Origin: an uncultured Candidatus Saccharibacteria bacterium
Lineage (GTDB): Bacteria; Patescibacteriota; UBA1384; XYA2-FULL-43-10
Length of the DNA stretch: 64,000 nucleotides
Assembly (NCBI GenBank): GCA_964426805.1
Contig: CAYRRY010000001.1
Location: 2,504 to 66,503 of the forward strand
Direction of reading: 5' to 3'
In this document: one piece after another, positions 47,261 to 56,724 of the stretch
How positions within the stretch are numbered: position 1 is the first letter of the stretch
How the letters are laid out: each line of letters starts with the position of its first letter
Notes under the pieces: generated by a model
The model's database searches: none
Told to the model about the DNA's origin: nothing
The model's input: the letters and a program-made list of their open reading frames with translations, nothing else
Program-made: the position numbers and the translations under genes

Positions 47261-47671
47261 TTACTCGTTTTCGAATTTAATATTTTGATGTAAATGCTTG
47301 TCAGATTTGTATACATGCAATCTAGCCAGCCTGCTCTTTGTTTGCTTGTTCTTTGGAAGCATGCCTGCTACAGCTTTTTTGATAATCATGTCGGACTTTT
47401 TCTCTTTAGCTTCCTTGAATTCTAAAGTTTTTGTGCTTCCAATATATCCCGAGTGAGTGTGGTACTGTTTTGAATTTTCTTTATTGCCGGTAAGATATAG
47501 TTTGTCAGAGTTTATTACTACAACGTGATCTCCACCGTCTATGTTTTTAGCAAAACTAGGCTTGTGTTTTCCAATAATAAGAGAAGCAACTTCGGTACAG
47601 ACTCTGCCAACAGGAGCAGTTGATGCGTCGAATATATGCCAATTTCTCTGAATTTGTTTATTTTTTTCCAT
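47261..47671 (-). CDS. rplM: 50S ribosomal protein L13
   Basis: Sequence matches the L13 family over its full 136-aa length. Confidence 0.88.
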   Translation of the reverse strand: MEKNKQIQRNWHIFDASTAPVGRVCTEVASLIIGKHKPSFAKNIDGGDHVVVINSDKLYLTGNKENSKQYHTHSGYIGSTKTLEFKEAKEKKSDMIIKKAVAGMLPKNKQTKSRLARLHVYKSDKHLHQNIKFENE

Positions 47672-48044
47672 CTGTTTCCTTTTTCTCTACTGAGGGCTTT
47701 TTTTCGATCTTGTCTGTCATCTCAATCAACATCATCTCGGCGTTATCTCCAAGTCTGCTGGAAATCGACAGTGTCCGAGTAAATCCTGAGTTTCTGTTCT
47801 TAAATCTAGGCACCAATACTTCAAATGTCTTTTTATAAGCATTTTTATCTAGCATATATCCTGCAACGAAACGTTTCGCTGGAAGATCGTTTTTCTTTGC
47901 TCGAGTCATGATTTTATCAAACTCACTTTTTAGCACCTTGGCTTTTGCCTTAGTGGTTTGAATTGACTCATACAAAACAAGAGAGGTAACAAGATTTCGC
48001 ACCATTAGCTCCCTATTATCTTTTTTTCTGCCAAGCTTACGCAT
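47658..48044 (-). CDS. rplQ: 50S ribosomal protein L17
   Basis: MRKLGRKKDNR...SGFTRT pattern. Confidence 0.88.
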   Translation of the reverse strand: MRKLGRKKDNRELMVRNLVTSLVLYESIQTTKAKAKVLKSEFDKIMTRAKKNDLPAKRFVAGYMLDKNAYKKTFEVLVPRFKNRNSGFTRTLSISSRLGDNAEMMLIEMTDKIEKKPSVEKKETDGKK

Positions 48045-48978
48045 TTATCATCTCTTTTATTTCATCTACACCCTTATTTCCCAAGCCCTTTATTTCAGAT
48101 AGTTTAAGATCGGAAAGTCTCTTAAGTCCTGCGATAGACTTGATTCCAGCGTTGACCAAAGCGTTCGTGGTTCTAGCAGAAAATCCAGCTTCCTCAATTT
48201 TAGTCTTTGGATCCATATCTGCAATTTCACTGGTCTCCGGGGCAATTTCAGGAACGATTTCCTTCTCGACACTCTCCTCTGTTAGTTTATCCTCAACCTC
48301 TACGTTGAAAGCGATCTGTCTGTAGTGGTCTATTAAAATATTTGAAGCTTCTACCATGGCCTGTTTGGCCTCTGTTGTGCTATTGGTTTTCACGTCCAGA
48401 ATTAATCTGTCGTAGTTTGTCATCTGACCAACACGAGTGTTCTCTATCTCCATCTTAACTCTTTGAATTGGGGAGAAGGCCGCATCTGTCATAATTCGTC
48501 CTATCTCTTTTGTTGACTCTTCGCCAGATTCAATTGTGATAAAACCTCTGTTATTTTCAATAACCACTTCTAGCTCGAAGTTTGCCTTGTTGTCTAAATC
48601 GCAGATATATACATCTTCATTTACGATTTCTACCTGAGAATTGGCTTTAAAATCTTTGGAAGTAACCGTTCCTGGCCCCTTCTTGTTTAAATGAAGGACC
48701 ACAGGCTCATCACTGTGTGAGATGTAATTTATATCCTTTAGGTTCAGCATAAGCTCGATCATATCTTCCTTAACGTGTGGAACAGATGTAAATTCATGGG
48801 TTATGCCCTCAACTTTGAAAGAAGTCATGGCTGCACCTTCTAGTGAAGATAGCAAAACTCTTCGAAGAGCGTTTCCAATTGTAGAACCATATCCAGGATA
48901 AAGAGGCTCAACCGTAAAGATTGAATTATCTTCAGATACTTTTTTCTCAACAATTTTTGGTAATGTAATTTTTTCCAT
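48037..48978 (-). CDS. rpoA: DNA-directed RNA polymerase alpha subunit
   Basis: N-terminal dimerisation domain (GYGSTIGNALRRVLLSS) and C-terminal alpha-CTD. Confidence 0.92.
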   Translation of the reverse strand: MEKITLPKIVEKKVSEDNSIFTVEPLYPGYGSTIGNALRRVLLSSLEGAAMTSFKVEGITHEFTSVPHVKEDMIELMLNLKDINYISHSDEPVVLHLNKKGPGTVTSKDFKANSQVEIVNEDVYICDLDNKANFELEVVIENNRGFITIESGEESTKEIGRIMTDAAFSPIQRVKMEIENTRVGQMTNYDRLILDVKTNSTTEAKQAMVEASNILIDHYRQIAFNVEVEDKLTEESVEKEIVPEIAPETSEIADMDPKTKIEEAGFSARTTNALVNAGIKSIAGLKRLSDLKLSEIKGLGNKGVDEIKEMINA

Positions 48979-49007
48979 TTTTGTCCTTTTTCCCGCCGAA
49001 AGGCGAT

Positions 49008-49598
49008 TTATCTAGAATAATATTCCGCGACTAAACTTTCATTAATGCTCAAGTCTACTTCATCGCGATTTGGTATATGTTTAATAGTTATCTCTTTTTT
49101 CTTGGCATCTACCTCTATCCAGTTAGGTATATCACTTTTTACGTTTTTCTCTTCAGGTTTGTAGTTAATCTTTATTTTGTCACCTTCTGAGAGAAGAATA
49201 GATGGCACAGTAACTCTACCGCCGTTTAGGGAAACTAAACCGTGAGAAACTTTTTGTCTAGACTGTGGCCTAGAGCTAGCAAATCCAGCTCTGTAAACTA
49301 CATTATCTATTCTCGATTCAAGTATTTTAATTAGGTTCTCAGTAGTGTTTCCTTCAGATTTATCAGCTAATGCGTAGTATTTGGAAAGTGTTGATTCGGA
49401 TAAACCGTAAACTGATTTACTTTTCTGCTTTTCTCGAAGTTGTTTTCCGAACTCGGATAGTTTTGTTCTCTGAGTTGGACCGTGGTCACCAGGAACATAT
49501 GAACGTCTGGAGAACGCACACTTCGTAGTAAAACATCGGTCACCTTTAAGCATCAATTTGGCGCCTTCTCTTCTGCATCTTTTACAAGCTTTTTTCAT
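49008..49598 (-). CDS. rpsD: 30S ribosomal protein S4 (zinc-ribbon N-terminus; start at Met 49598)
   Basis: CKRCRREGAKLMLKGDRC and LSEFGKQLREKQK. Confidence 0.9.
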   Translation of the reverse strand: MKKACKRCRREGAKLMLKGDRCFTTKCAFSRRSYVPGDHGPTQRTKLSEFGKQLREKQKSKSVYGLSESTLSKYYALADKSEGNTTENLIKILESRIDNVVYRAGFASSRPQSRQKVSHGLVSLNGGRVTVPSILLSEGDKIKINYKPEEKNVKSDIPNWIEVDAKKKEITIKHIPNRDEVDLSINESLVAEYYSR

Positions 49599-49599
49599 A

Positions 49600-49995
49600 T
49601 TAGTTTCTTCTCGCTTTCTTTGGTCGACAACCGTTATGAGCAATCGGAGTTGTATCTTTTATAACATCTATTTCTAGTCTAGAATTTGTTAGGGCTCGAA
49701 CAGCCTGTTCTCTTCCAGATCCAACGCCGTTTACGAAAAGATTTGCTTTTGAGAGGCCCATTGCTCGAGCTTTCTCAATTGCAGACGTAGCAGCAAGACC
49801 AGCAGCGTATGGAGTAGACTTCTTTGTTCCCTTAAATCCGATCGAGCCTGCAGAAGCCCAAGCAACAACGTTACCACTCTCATCGGTGATGGTTACGATT
49901 GTGTTATTGAAAGATGACTGAATGTAAATATTTCCAACCGTAAGTGTACGTTTGCTTTTTTTGCTTTTTGTCTTTTTTGGTTCTTCTTTGGCCAT
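49600..49995 (-). CDS. rpsK: 30S ribosomal protein S11
   Basis: IAHNGCRPKKARR C-terminus. Confidence 0.92.
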   Translation of the reverse strand: MAKEEPKKTKSKKSKRTLTVGNIYIQSSFNNTIVTITDESGNVVAWASAGSIGFKGTKKSTPYAAGLAATSAIEKARAMGLSKANLFVNGVGSGREQAVRALTNSRLEIDVIKDTTPIAHNGCRPKKARRN

Positions 49996-50018
49996 ATTAA
50001 TAAGTAATATTAAATAAT

Positions 50019-50405
50019 TTAAGTCTTTTGGTCAGCTTTCTTTCTACCAGATCCAACTGTAATTTTTTTACCACGCTTTGTTCTGGCATTAGTTTTCGTT
50101 CTCTGGCCACGAACCGGTAGGCCTTTTTTGTGTCTTAAACCTCGAAAAGATGAAATATCTTTTAGTCTTCTCACATTTTGGGTAACTTCCGAGCGAAGAT
50201 CGCCTTCAACTTTATGTTTTAGGTTGATATTCTTTCGAATCTTTTCAATTTCGTCCTCGGTCAGATCCTTCACTCTTTTCTCAGCATCAATATTAGTTGA
50301 TTCCAAGATATTTTGACTCTGTTTTGACCCTATGCCAAATATATAGGTTAATGAAACCTTAACCTTTTTATCTGTTGGAATGTTTACACCGCTTATTCTG
50401 GCCAT
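50019..50405 (-). CDS. rpsM: 30S ribosomal protein S13
   Basis: MARISGVNIP start. Confidence 0.92.
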   Translation of the reverse strand: MARISGVNIPTDKKVKVSLTYIFGIGSKQSQNILESTNIDAEKRVKDLTEDEIEKIRKNINLKHKVEGDLRSEVTQNVRRLKDISSFRGLRHKKGLPVRGQRTKTNARTKRGKKITVGSGRKKADQKT

Positions 50406-50430
50406 GATTATCTTTAATTAGAAATTAATA

Positions 50431-50577
50431 CTATCCCTGTCTTTGTTTATGTTTTGGATTTTCGCATATAACAAAAAATCGTTTCTTAGCGCTTGGACGT
50501 GAAGATTTGCCCTTACTACTACGTGAAACAATTTTACACTTGTCACACATTTTTCTCACAGATGGTCTGACTTTCAT
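50431..50577 (-). CDS. rpmJ: 50S ribosomal protein L36 (with short internal insertion)
   Basis: Translated by hand: [48 protein letters not shown]. Not in the ORF track (<60 aa). Confidence 0.85.
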   Translation of the reverse strand: MKVRPSVRKMCDKCKIVSRSSKGKSSRPSAKKRFFVICENPKHKQRQG

Positions 50578-50817
50578 TTAAGACTGCTTCTTTTCAATTT
50601 TGTTTCGCCGAGTAATTCTGCCCTTTGCTAAATCGTAAACAGACAATTCAACAGTAACAGCGTCACCTGGCATACAATTAATTCTATATTTTCGCATTTT
50701 GCCACTTAGAGTAACAGTGACCAAATGGCCCGAGTCTAATTCAACATTGAAACGAGCATCAGGGAGTGACTCGGTAATGACTCCTTGCGCCTCGACATAA
50801 TCTTTATTATTTTTCAT
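50578..50817 (-). CDS. infA: translation initiation factor IF-1
   Basis: S1-like OB fold, 79 aa, conserved IF-1 sequence. Confidence 0.92.
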   Translation of the reverse strand: MKNNKDYVEAQGVITESLPDARFNVELDSGHLVTVTLSGKMRKYRINCMPGDAVTVELSVYDLAKGRITRRNKIEKKQS

Positions 50818-50866
50818 ATCTTGTGTTAAAATTTAGCATAATTATTTACTCTTGTCAACAAAAAAC

Positions 50867-51625
50867 TTAGGTTACGACCTCATATCCGTTTTTCATCACC
50901 AAAATCGTATGTTCAAAGTGAGCAGTCATCGACTTGTCTATAGTCCCTATCGACCAACCATCAGCACCGGTTTTAAGGTCATTTTTACCAACCACCACCA
51001 TCGGTTCTATTGCAATAGCGGTATTCTCCTCCAAAGCAACGCCTGTGCCAGCTTTACCAAAATTCGGCACCTGTGGCTCCTGATGCGGGTTTCTACCTAT
51101 TCCGTGGCCAACTAAAGATTTAATCACAGAAAACCCTCGATCAAGCACAACCTTTTCTACTGCCTCTCCAATATCGCCAGTAGTCGCACCAGCTTTAACT
51201 TTCCGAATACCAGCCATGAGAGACTCTTTTGTGGCTTCAAGCAATTTTTTGTGATTTGGGTCACGTGGTTTGCCTACAATTACGGTAATGGCAGAGTCAG
51301 TACACAACCCTTTATATTTCACTCCCAAATCTAGGCCAACAATATCGCCCTCTTGTAATATCTGACTTTCGCTCGGTATGCCATGAACAACATTCTCATT
51401 TATAGATACACAGAGCGATGCCGGAAATGGCTTATCACCATCCGAAGGGTAGTTTAAAAATGATGGTTTTGCACCGTGCTTTCGTATATTCTCCTCGGCC
51501 ATCGCATCTAAGTGACTGCCACTTACGCCAGGTTTCGCTAACTTAGCTAAAAGTTCAAGCGTTTCATTCAAAATTACTCCGCTAGCTCGAATGCTCTCAA
51601 TGTCTTGATCCGTTAGATGTTCCAT
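50867..51625 (-). CDS. map: methionine aminopeptidase type I
   Basis: Pita-bread fold metal ligands (D..D..H..E..E pattern), 252 aa. Confidence 0.9.
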   Translation of the reverse strand: MEHLTDQDIESIRASGVILNETLELLAKLAKPGVSGSHLDAMAEENIRKHGAKPSFLNYPSDGDKPFPASLCVSINENVVHGIPSESQILQEGDIVGLDLGVKYKGLCTDSAITVIVGKPRDPNHKKLLEATKESLMAGIRKVKAGATTGDIGEAVEKVVLDRGFSVIKSLVGHGIGRNPHQEPQVPNFGKAGTGVALEENTAIAIEPMVVVGKNDLKTGADGWSIGTIDKSMTAHFEHTILVMKNGYEVVT

Positions 51626-52284
51626 TTGTCAAACTTACTATTTATCTCTTCGCGCACCTCTTCTGGTGTTCGTTCGCCATCGATTCGTATATACTTACCC
51701 TCTCTATCGAAGTTTTTTGAAATCTCCTCAATTCGCGGAATATATTTAATAATCCTATTTTTTACCACCTCTTCCTTGTCATCAGCTCTATGAACCAAGG
51801 GTACGTTACATTTTGGACAGATATCTCCAGCCGCAAGTCCTCGGAAACTCTCTCCGCACTTCTGGCAAACTACTCTTCCAGCGATACGACTCATCGCAGT
51901 TTCTTGATCAATCTCAATATTCAAAGCGACATATTTGTCGATCTTAGACTCTTTCATAATATTCTTAAAATCTACCATCTGATTTTTGGAAAATGGATAA
52001 TTATCAAAAACAATGTTCCGATTTTTGTATTTAGAAATCTCGTCCTTGATAATCATCATTATGAAATCGTCATCTACGGGTTGACCTGAATTATACTTTT
52101 CCTCTGCTTTTGATTTTATCTCGCTTTCAGGATAACTTTTTAGGGCATTTCTAACTAATTCACCAACGGAGATACTAACGGCATTCAGTTTTTCCAGCAA
52201 AAAAATTGCCTGAGTTCCTTTTCCAGACCCCGGCAGACCCATAAGAGCCACTGCTATAGTTTTGTCTTGGTTAGTATTTGTCAT
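51613..52284 (-). CDS. adk: adenylate kinase with zinc-binding LID
   Basis: P-loop GLPGSGKGTQ and LID Cys pairs CQKCG...CPKC. Confidence 0.9.
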   Translation of the reverse strand: MTNTNQDKTIAVALMGLPGSGKGTQAIFLLEKLNAVSISVGELVRNALKSYPESEIKSKAEEKYNSGQPVDDDFIMMIIKDEISKYKNRNIVFDNYPFSKNQMVDFKNIMKESKIDKYVALNIEIDQETAMSRIAGRVVCQKCGESFRGLAAGDICPKCNVPLVHRADDKEEVVKNRIIKYIPRIEEISKNFDREGKYIRIDGERTPEEVREEINSKFDKWNI

Positions 52285-53548
52285 ATGTGTGCATTACTAG
52301 TTGCGCATCAATCTGTTTCATTGTTTCGATTACAACCGAGACCAAAATAAGAAGCCCTGTGCCACCCAAAACCAAGGTATCAATATTAGTTATTGCCTGG
52401 ACTATAAAAGGAAGAACGGCCACAATGCCTAAAAACAATCCCCCGAAAAATGTAATTCTAGAAATCACCTTTTTTAGAAAAAGCCTTGTTTCTTCTCCTG
52501 GGCGAAGACCTGGGATAAATCCACCCTGCTTCTGCAAGTTTTCAGCAACTTGATCTGGCTTAAAAACTACGTTTGTGTAGAAAAAGGTAAAGGCAAACAC
52601 AAGAACAAAGTAGATTACACCATAAAAGACTTGGTTATTTTGAAATAGATCTACCGTATATACAGCTGCGTTTCTAACCCATTCAGTATTGGCGTTTTCT
52701 AAATATTTTCCTACTACGCCTGGCACGATCAAAACCGACATAGCAAAAATAATTGGGATAACCCCAGCCGTGTTCACACGAAGTGGTAGATGAGAATCTA
52801 CACCACCATGAGATCTGTTGCCAGAAACTTGTCTAGCATAGGAGACAGGTATATTGCGTTGCCCCTCGGTTATATAGACTATGGCAGCAATAACAACGAT
52901 GAAAATTACTAAGAAAGCCGCAACACCTATTATAGTGCCTATGTCACCACCTTGCATCAAAGCCCAAGTATTTCGGATTTGCGAGGGAAAACCTGACAAA
53001 ATTCCAAGTGTGATAATAAGAGATATTCCATTTCCTATACCTTTTTCAGTAATAAGCTCGCCTAGCCACATCAAGAGAATCGTTCCAGCTGCAGATGATA
53101 TAAGCATCAAAGCTAAGTCAAATGAAGTCCAACCAGGGATAATGCCTTGGTTTTGAAGAAGCACCAACATACTATAAGCCTGGATAACGGCAAAAGGAAT
53201 AGTAGCTATTCTGGTGTATTGGTTTATCTTGTTTCTGCCCGCTTCCCCCTCTTTTTGCATCTCTTCCAGTCGTGGTACAACCATAACTAGAAGCTGAAAA
53301 ACGATAGAGGAAGTAATGTATGGCCCAACACCCATAAGAACAATTGAAAAGTTACTCATAGTACCACCAGAGAACATATTCAGAAGTCCGAAAATCTGGT
53401 TCTGCTCGAAGAACAATCGAAGTTGTGCCAAATCAACACCAGGAAGAGGTATATGTGCGACAACTCGAGTCAACAACAAAAGACCAGCTGCATACAAAAT
53501 CTTGTTTCGCAGGTCTTTAAACTGCCAAATTTTAGCCAATTTACTCAT
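52271..53548 (-). CDS. secY: preprotein translocase SecY
   Basis: 10 TM, 425 aa, canonical SecY sequence. Confidence 0.93.
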   Translation of the reverse strand: MSKLAKIWQFKDLRNKILYAAGLLLLTRVVAHIPLPGVDLAQLRLFFEQNQIFGLLNMFSGGTMSNFSIVLMGVGPYITSSIVFQLLVMVVPRLEEMQKEGEAGRNKINQYTRIATIPFAVIQAYSMLVLLQNQGIIPGWTSFDLALMLISSAAGTILLMWLGELITEKGIGNGISLIITLGILSGFPSQIRNTWALMQGGDIGTIIGVAAFLVIFIVVIAAIVYITEGQRNIPVSYARQVSGNRSHGGVDSHLPLRVNTAGVIPIIFAMSVLIVPGVVGKYLENANTEWVRNAAVYTVDLFQNNQVFYGVIYFVLVFAFTFFYTNVVFKPDQVAENLQKQGGFIPGLRPGEETRLFLKKVISRITFFGGLFLGIVAVLPFIVQAITNIDTLVLGGTGLLILVSVVIETMKQIDAQLVMHTYDKY

Positions 53549-53590
53549 TTACATTTTTAATTCTATCAGATTTTTCGAGCCTTGGAAAGG

Positions 53591-53695
53591 CTATTTCCTC
53601 TTATTCTTAAATAGTATATAGTAAATAGCCAAAACCGGGCCTACTATCAGAGCCAGCGAAGTTGCGATAATTATTGATATTGCCGTATCATTCAT
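53591..53695 (-). CDS. 34-aa single-TM micro-protein immediately upstream of secY
   Basis: Hand translation: MNDTAISIIIATSLALIVGPVLAIYYILFKNKRK. No strong RBS. Confidence 0.25.
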   Translation of the reverse strand: MNDTAISIIIATSLALIVGPVLAIYYILFKNKRK

Positions 53696-53730
53696 AATGA
53701 GTTTTTCCCTAAGAATCTAATTCCTAAATT

Positions 53731-54354
53731 CTAGTTCAGTTTCATTGTTTTTAGGAAAAGCTCACCCAAGTCAATCATATCTGCATCCTGAGAAGCATCT
53801 GTGTATTCATGCGAGAACATAGTCACATGTTGAGTTGAGTCGTTATAGAAAGATGCTACCTGTATTCTGCCATTTGTATCAAATGAAAAGTTTATCAAAG
53901 TCTCCGTCTGGCAATCTATCTCGAAATCTCCCTGTGATTCCATTACGTAACCTCCAAAGCCCATAATTGCTGCCTCAGCAGAATAAACGTTGAACGCACC
54001 TTCACTGCCGTCGATCTCTCCGCTAACGTTAATTTTAGCCGGGCTCAAAACATCAAGCATCCAATCGCTCGGGTACTGAAAGCTATAATCATATGATGAA
54101 CTCGTATAGGTGTCCCAAGTCGAAACAGTTGCTTCTTCGTCTGAAGTTAAGCCGTGATCACAGCCTCCAACCACTTCGTCTACCGTTTCTGCCTTCTCAA
54201 CATCAACCTCCAAACTGGCTATCTCTGTTTTCAAAGTTTCGACTTCTTCAGATTTCTTAGAATACTCGCCGTAGTACGAATATGCAGCATATCCGGCTCC
54301 TGCAATAATTATCACCAGTATTATCGTAATTGTCATTTTCCAAGCTTTACTCAT
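53731..54354 (-). CDS. membrane-anchored hypothetical protein (TM, coiled-coil, then conserved W-TYT...Y-FSF-YP domain)
   Basis: Paralogous to 54451..55185. Confidence 0.5.
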   Translation of the reverse strand: MSKAWKMTITIILVIIIAGAGYAAYSYYGEYSKKSEEVETLKTEIASLEVDVEKAETVDEVVGGCDHGLTSDEEATVSTWDTYTSSSYDYSFQYPSDWMLDVLSPAKINVSGEIDGSEGAFNVYSAEAAIMGFGGYVMESQGDFEIDCQTETLINFSFDTNGRIQVASFYNDSTQHVTMFSHEYTDASQDADMIDLGELFLKTMKLN

Positions 54355-54450
54355 AATTCCTCCTATTTTTTGTCATTCCCGCGAAGGCGGGAATCTACTT
54401 ATTAGATTATTAACCTTCCAAAACTTTTTACTATTTACCTGCTTTCATAT

Positions 54451-55185
54451 TTAATAGATGAAAGTTTCAAGCCAAGCATCGTAAAATGGCGATGAATAGC
54501 TCTCATAGTCGTACATCTGTATTACAAACATCTCGTTATCGTCGTTTACAAAGTTAATGTAGCGCTGAGAATAAGACTGTGGAGAAGAAGGAACCGCATA
54601 GTCATATCCGGAATATGAGCCCCCGGCCGATGTAGCTACTGTGTAGTTAGAACTAAGAGAGAGATAATCATCGTAATATGAGAAGCTATCCACGATCCAC
54701 TCGCGAAGATCAGTTCCCTCGGGTGGATTATAGTAATCACTAGATAGATGCATGATAGCTGTATTCGGCCAACCTACTTCAGATATGTCACCCTGCATTA
54801 TTGTCATGTCCCCCTCCGTCTCTTCACCGATAAACTCGCCACAAGGTTTTGTGGGGCAACCCTCGGTAGTATAAGTGGGTGGATGTTTGAAGCTAAAACC
54901 ATATTTATCATTTGTATATGTCACCCAATCCGATGTATCAACTTCCACCAGCTCATCCGCATCATCAGCATCTTCATCTACCTCCTCTTCTTCGTCTGCG
55001 TCATCAGCCGCCTCTAGCACCGCTAAATCACTCTGCAACAAGGTTTTCTTGTCTACTAGCTCCATGTGCTCTTTATCAATCTTTTTGTACTGATTGAAAT
55101 AATAATATGCGCCGTAAACCGTAGTTCCACATACTACTATCAGCAATGCCAATACAATGTAATAAGCCGTTTTCTTCATAAACAC
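54451..55185 (-). CDS. membrane-anchored hypothetical protein, paralog of 53731..54354, with poly-acidic linker
   Basis: Same architecture and shared motifs (WVTYTNDKYGFSFKHP vs WDTYTSSSYDYSFQYP). Confidence 0.5.
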   Translation of the reverse strand: MFMKKTAYYIVLALLIVVCGTTVYGAYYYFNQYKKIDKEHMELVDKKTLLQSDLAVLEAADDADEEEEVDEDADDADELVEVDTSDWVTYTNDKYGFSFKHPPTYTTEGCPTKPCGEFIGEETEGDMTIMQGDISEVGWPNTAIMHLSSDYYNPPEGTDLREWIVDSFSYYDDYLSLSSNYTVATSAGGSYSGYDYAVPSSPQSYSQRYINFVNDDNEMFVIQMYDYESYSSPFYDAWLETFIY

Positions 55186-55212
55186 TCTGTTGTTTTACCA
55201 ACACCCTCCTAA

Positions 55213-55626
55213 TTATTCAATAATTTCAAATTCTCGTAACAGGTCTGTCATTTTATGATGCCATACATTCGCCTTACTTTTAATATCTTCATCTGTCTTA
55301 TCCCCCGCAAATTCATCAAGAGTAACATAGAAGTGATTTTCTTGATCCGATACTTCGTTCCCTTCTTCTTCTAAATCACCTTTATACTCGTCAAAATTCA
55401 CTCCCAACTTTAGAATTGAATACATCGCATAGTAATTGAGCCAAACAACACTCTCTAGCCCAGGAAATAATTCGTTTGCTCTTTCTTGCAAGTACACATG
55501 AATTCCTCCTAACGCTTCTTTGGCTTTGTCGATGTCCCCTTCGGGAACTTGCTCAATTTTACTATCTATCTGGCATTTTGTGTCCGCTTCGATAACTTCT
55601 GGAGTTTGCTCACCTTCTTGTAACAT
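55213..55626 (-). CDS. acidic hypothetical protein
   Basis: 137-aa ORF, no recognisable domain. Confidence 0.4.
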   Translation of the reverse strand: MLQEGEQTPEVIEADTKCQIDSKIEQVPEGDIDKAKEALGGIHVYLQERANELFPGLESVVWLNYYAMYSILKLGVNFDEYKGDLEEEGNEVSDQENHFYVTLDEFAGDKTDEDIKSKANVWHHKMTDLLREFEIIE

Positions 55627-55770
55627 GTTAATTTCTAATATTTATTCCATTATACCAAATATTTACTAAATCACTAAAGACAGAACCCGGAGAGCACTCT
55701 CTTTTAAGTTAATAGGCATTATGGTATATTCTAACTGTTCACGAATTCGACTCCCGGGAGAGATGAAATT

Positions 55771-56445
55771 ATGCCGGATACTGACGTTGCATACGGCCTC
55801 AACGAGGCCGCAGCTCGAGCAACACGAAAGGGAAAGATCCCGTGGTCAGCTGAGGAACTCACCTTCTTCGAATGCCTCGTCTACCTACTCGCTGACAATT
55901 TCCCCTCGTTTGCCAGCGTGTCGTTTGTGGAGAGCGTGGCAAAGCAAGCATTCGCACGGGCTAGCGGCGCCGAAGAGATTCACGCGCTGGCACTCCTCGA
56001 TCGCGAAGGAAGCGTCATCGACAAGTACGTCACTGGGAAGACCAGAACGGATGCCTATATCAGAATGAGGTCGATTCTCACCGATCCGTTCGAGACAATG
56101 AACACAGTGGAGGAGTGCCGCGCGCAACTTCACCTCTGCAAACGCCTGGTCGACCACCCCAGCCTGTACAACGAGCATTACGAACGGCGAGTAGCGGAAC
56201 TCGTGCGACCGCAGCTATCCTCATGCCTCGGCACTAGCTCATTCCTCGGTATCATCGAGCAACTGCCGCCGAACCCAGTCACTATTCTTCCGGAACTCCT
56301 CGAGATCGCCGGCAGACTTTTCGCAGATGCTACTCCCGCGGAGAAAGCCATGATAGCTTGCGCCCTGGGCTACATCGGACTCCCGCCGGAGGGCTGTCCT
56401 GAGTGGATCCGGGAGTACCTGGCGGAGCACCCGCCCGATGCGTAA
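55771..56445 (+). CDS. hypothetical protein encoded by a visibly GC-rich segment (probable foreign origin)
   Basis: 224-aa ORF with Ala/Arg/Pro-rich composition atypical for the window. Followed by a GC hairpin at 56471-56499. Confidence 0.5.
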   Translation: MPDTDVAYGLNEAAARATRKGKIPWSAEELTFFECLVYLLADNFPSFASVSFVESVAKQAFARASGAEEIHALALLDREGSVIDKYVTGKTRTDAYIRMRSILTDPFETMNTVEECRAQLHLCKRLVDHPSLYNEHYERRVAELVRPQLSSCLGTSSFLGIIEQLPPNPVTILPELLEIAGRLFADATPAEKAMIACALGYIGLPPEGCPEWIREYLAEHPPDA

Positions 56446-56470
56446 TCAGCGCATCAAAGCACGAACATAA

Positions 56471-56550
56471 AGACCACCTGGCATGCCAGGTGGTCTTTCT
56501 GCGTATAAATGGAGTATCTCTGCTAAACGCCTCACTCGTGTGAGCCGTAT
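56471..56550. repeat. 14-bp perfect palindrome AAGACCACCTGGCA/TGCCAGGTGGTCTT followed by palindromic repeat copy B (degenerate right arm)
   Basis: Read directly from sequence. Copy B is TGCTAAACGCCTCACTCGTGTGAGCCGTAT. Confidence 0.7.
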
Positions 56551-56576
56551 AATTAGCCTTATTTCAGCTATAGCCC

Positions 56577-56605
56577 TTGACAAGGCTTTTTATACGTGAT
56601 ATATT
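56577..56605 (+). promoter_or_regulatory. sigma70-like promoter TTGACA-17-TATATT upstream of the DEAD-box helicase gene, followed by a ~110-nt leader containing a 9-bp inverted repeat
   Basis: Exact consensus -35 hexamer and 17-nt spacer. Leader has AACTTCGAT...ATCGAAGTT. Confidence 0.45.
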
Positions 56606-56724
56606 AAACATTGTAAAGATTACGTTCTATAGATTTCCGAACTTGAAACTTCGATGTTCTACAGAGCCAAATCGAAGTTATCAATAATAAACGGAATGTT
56701 TTTTGCGTTCCAAGAAGGAAATCA

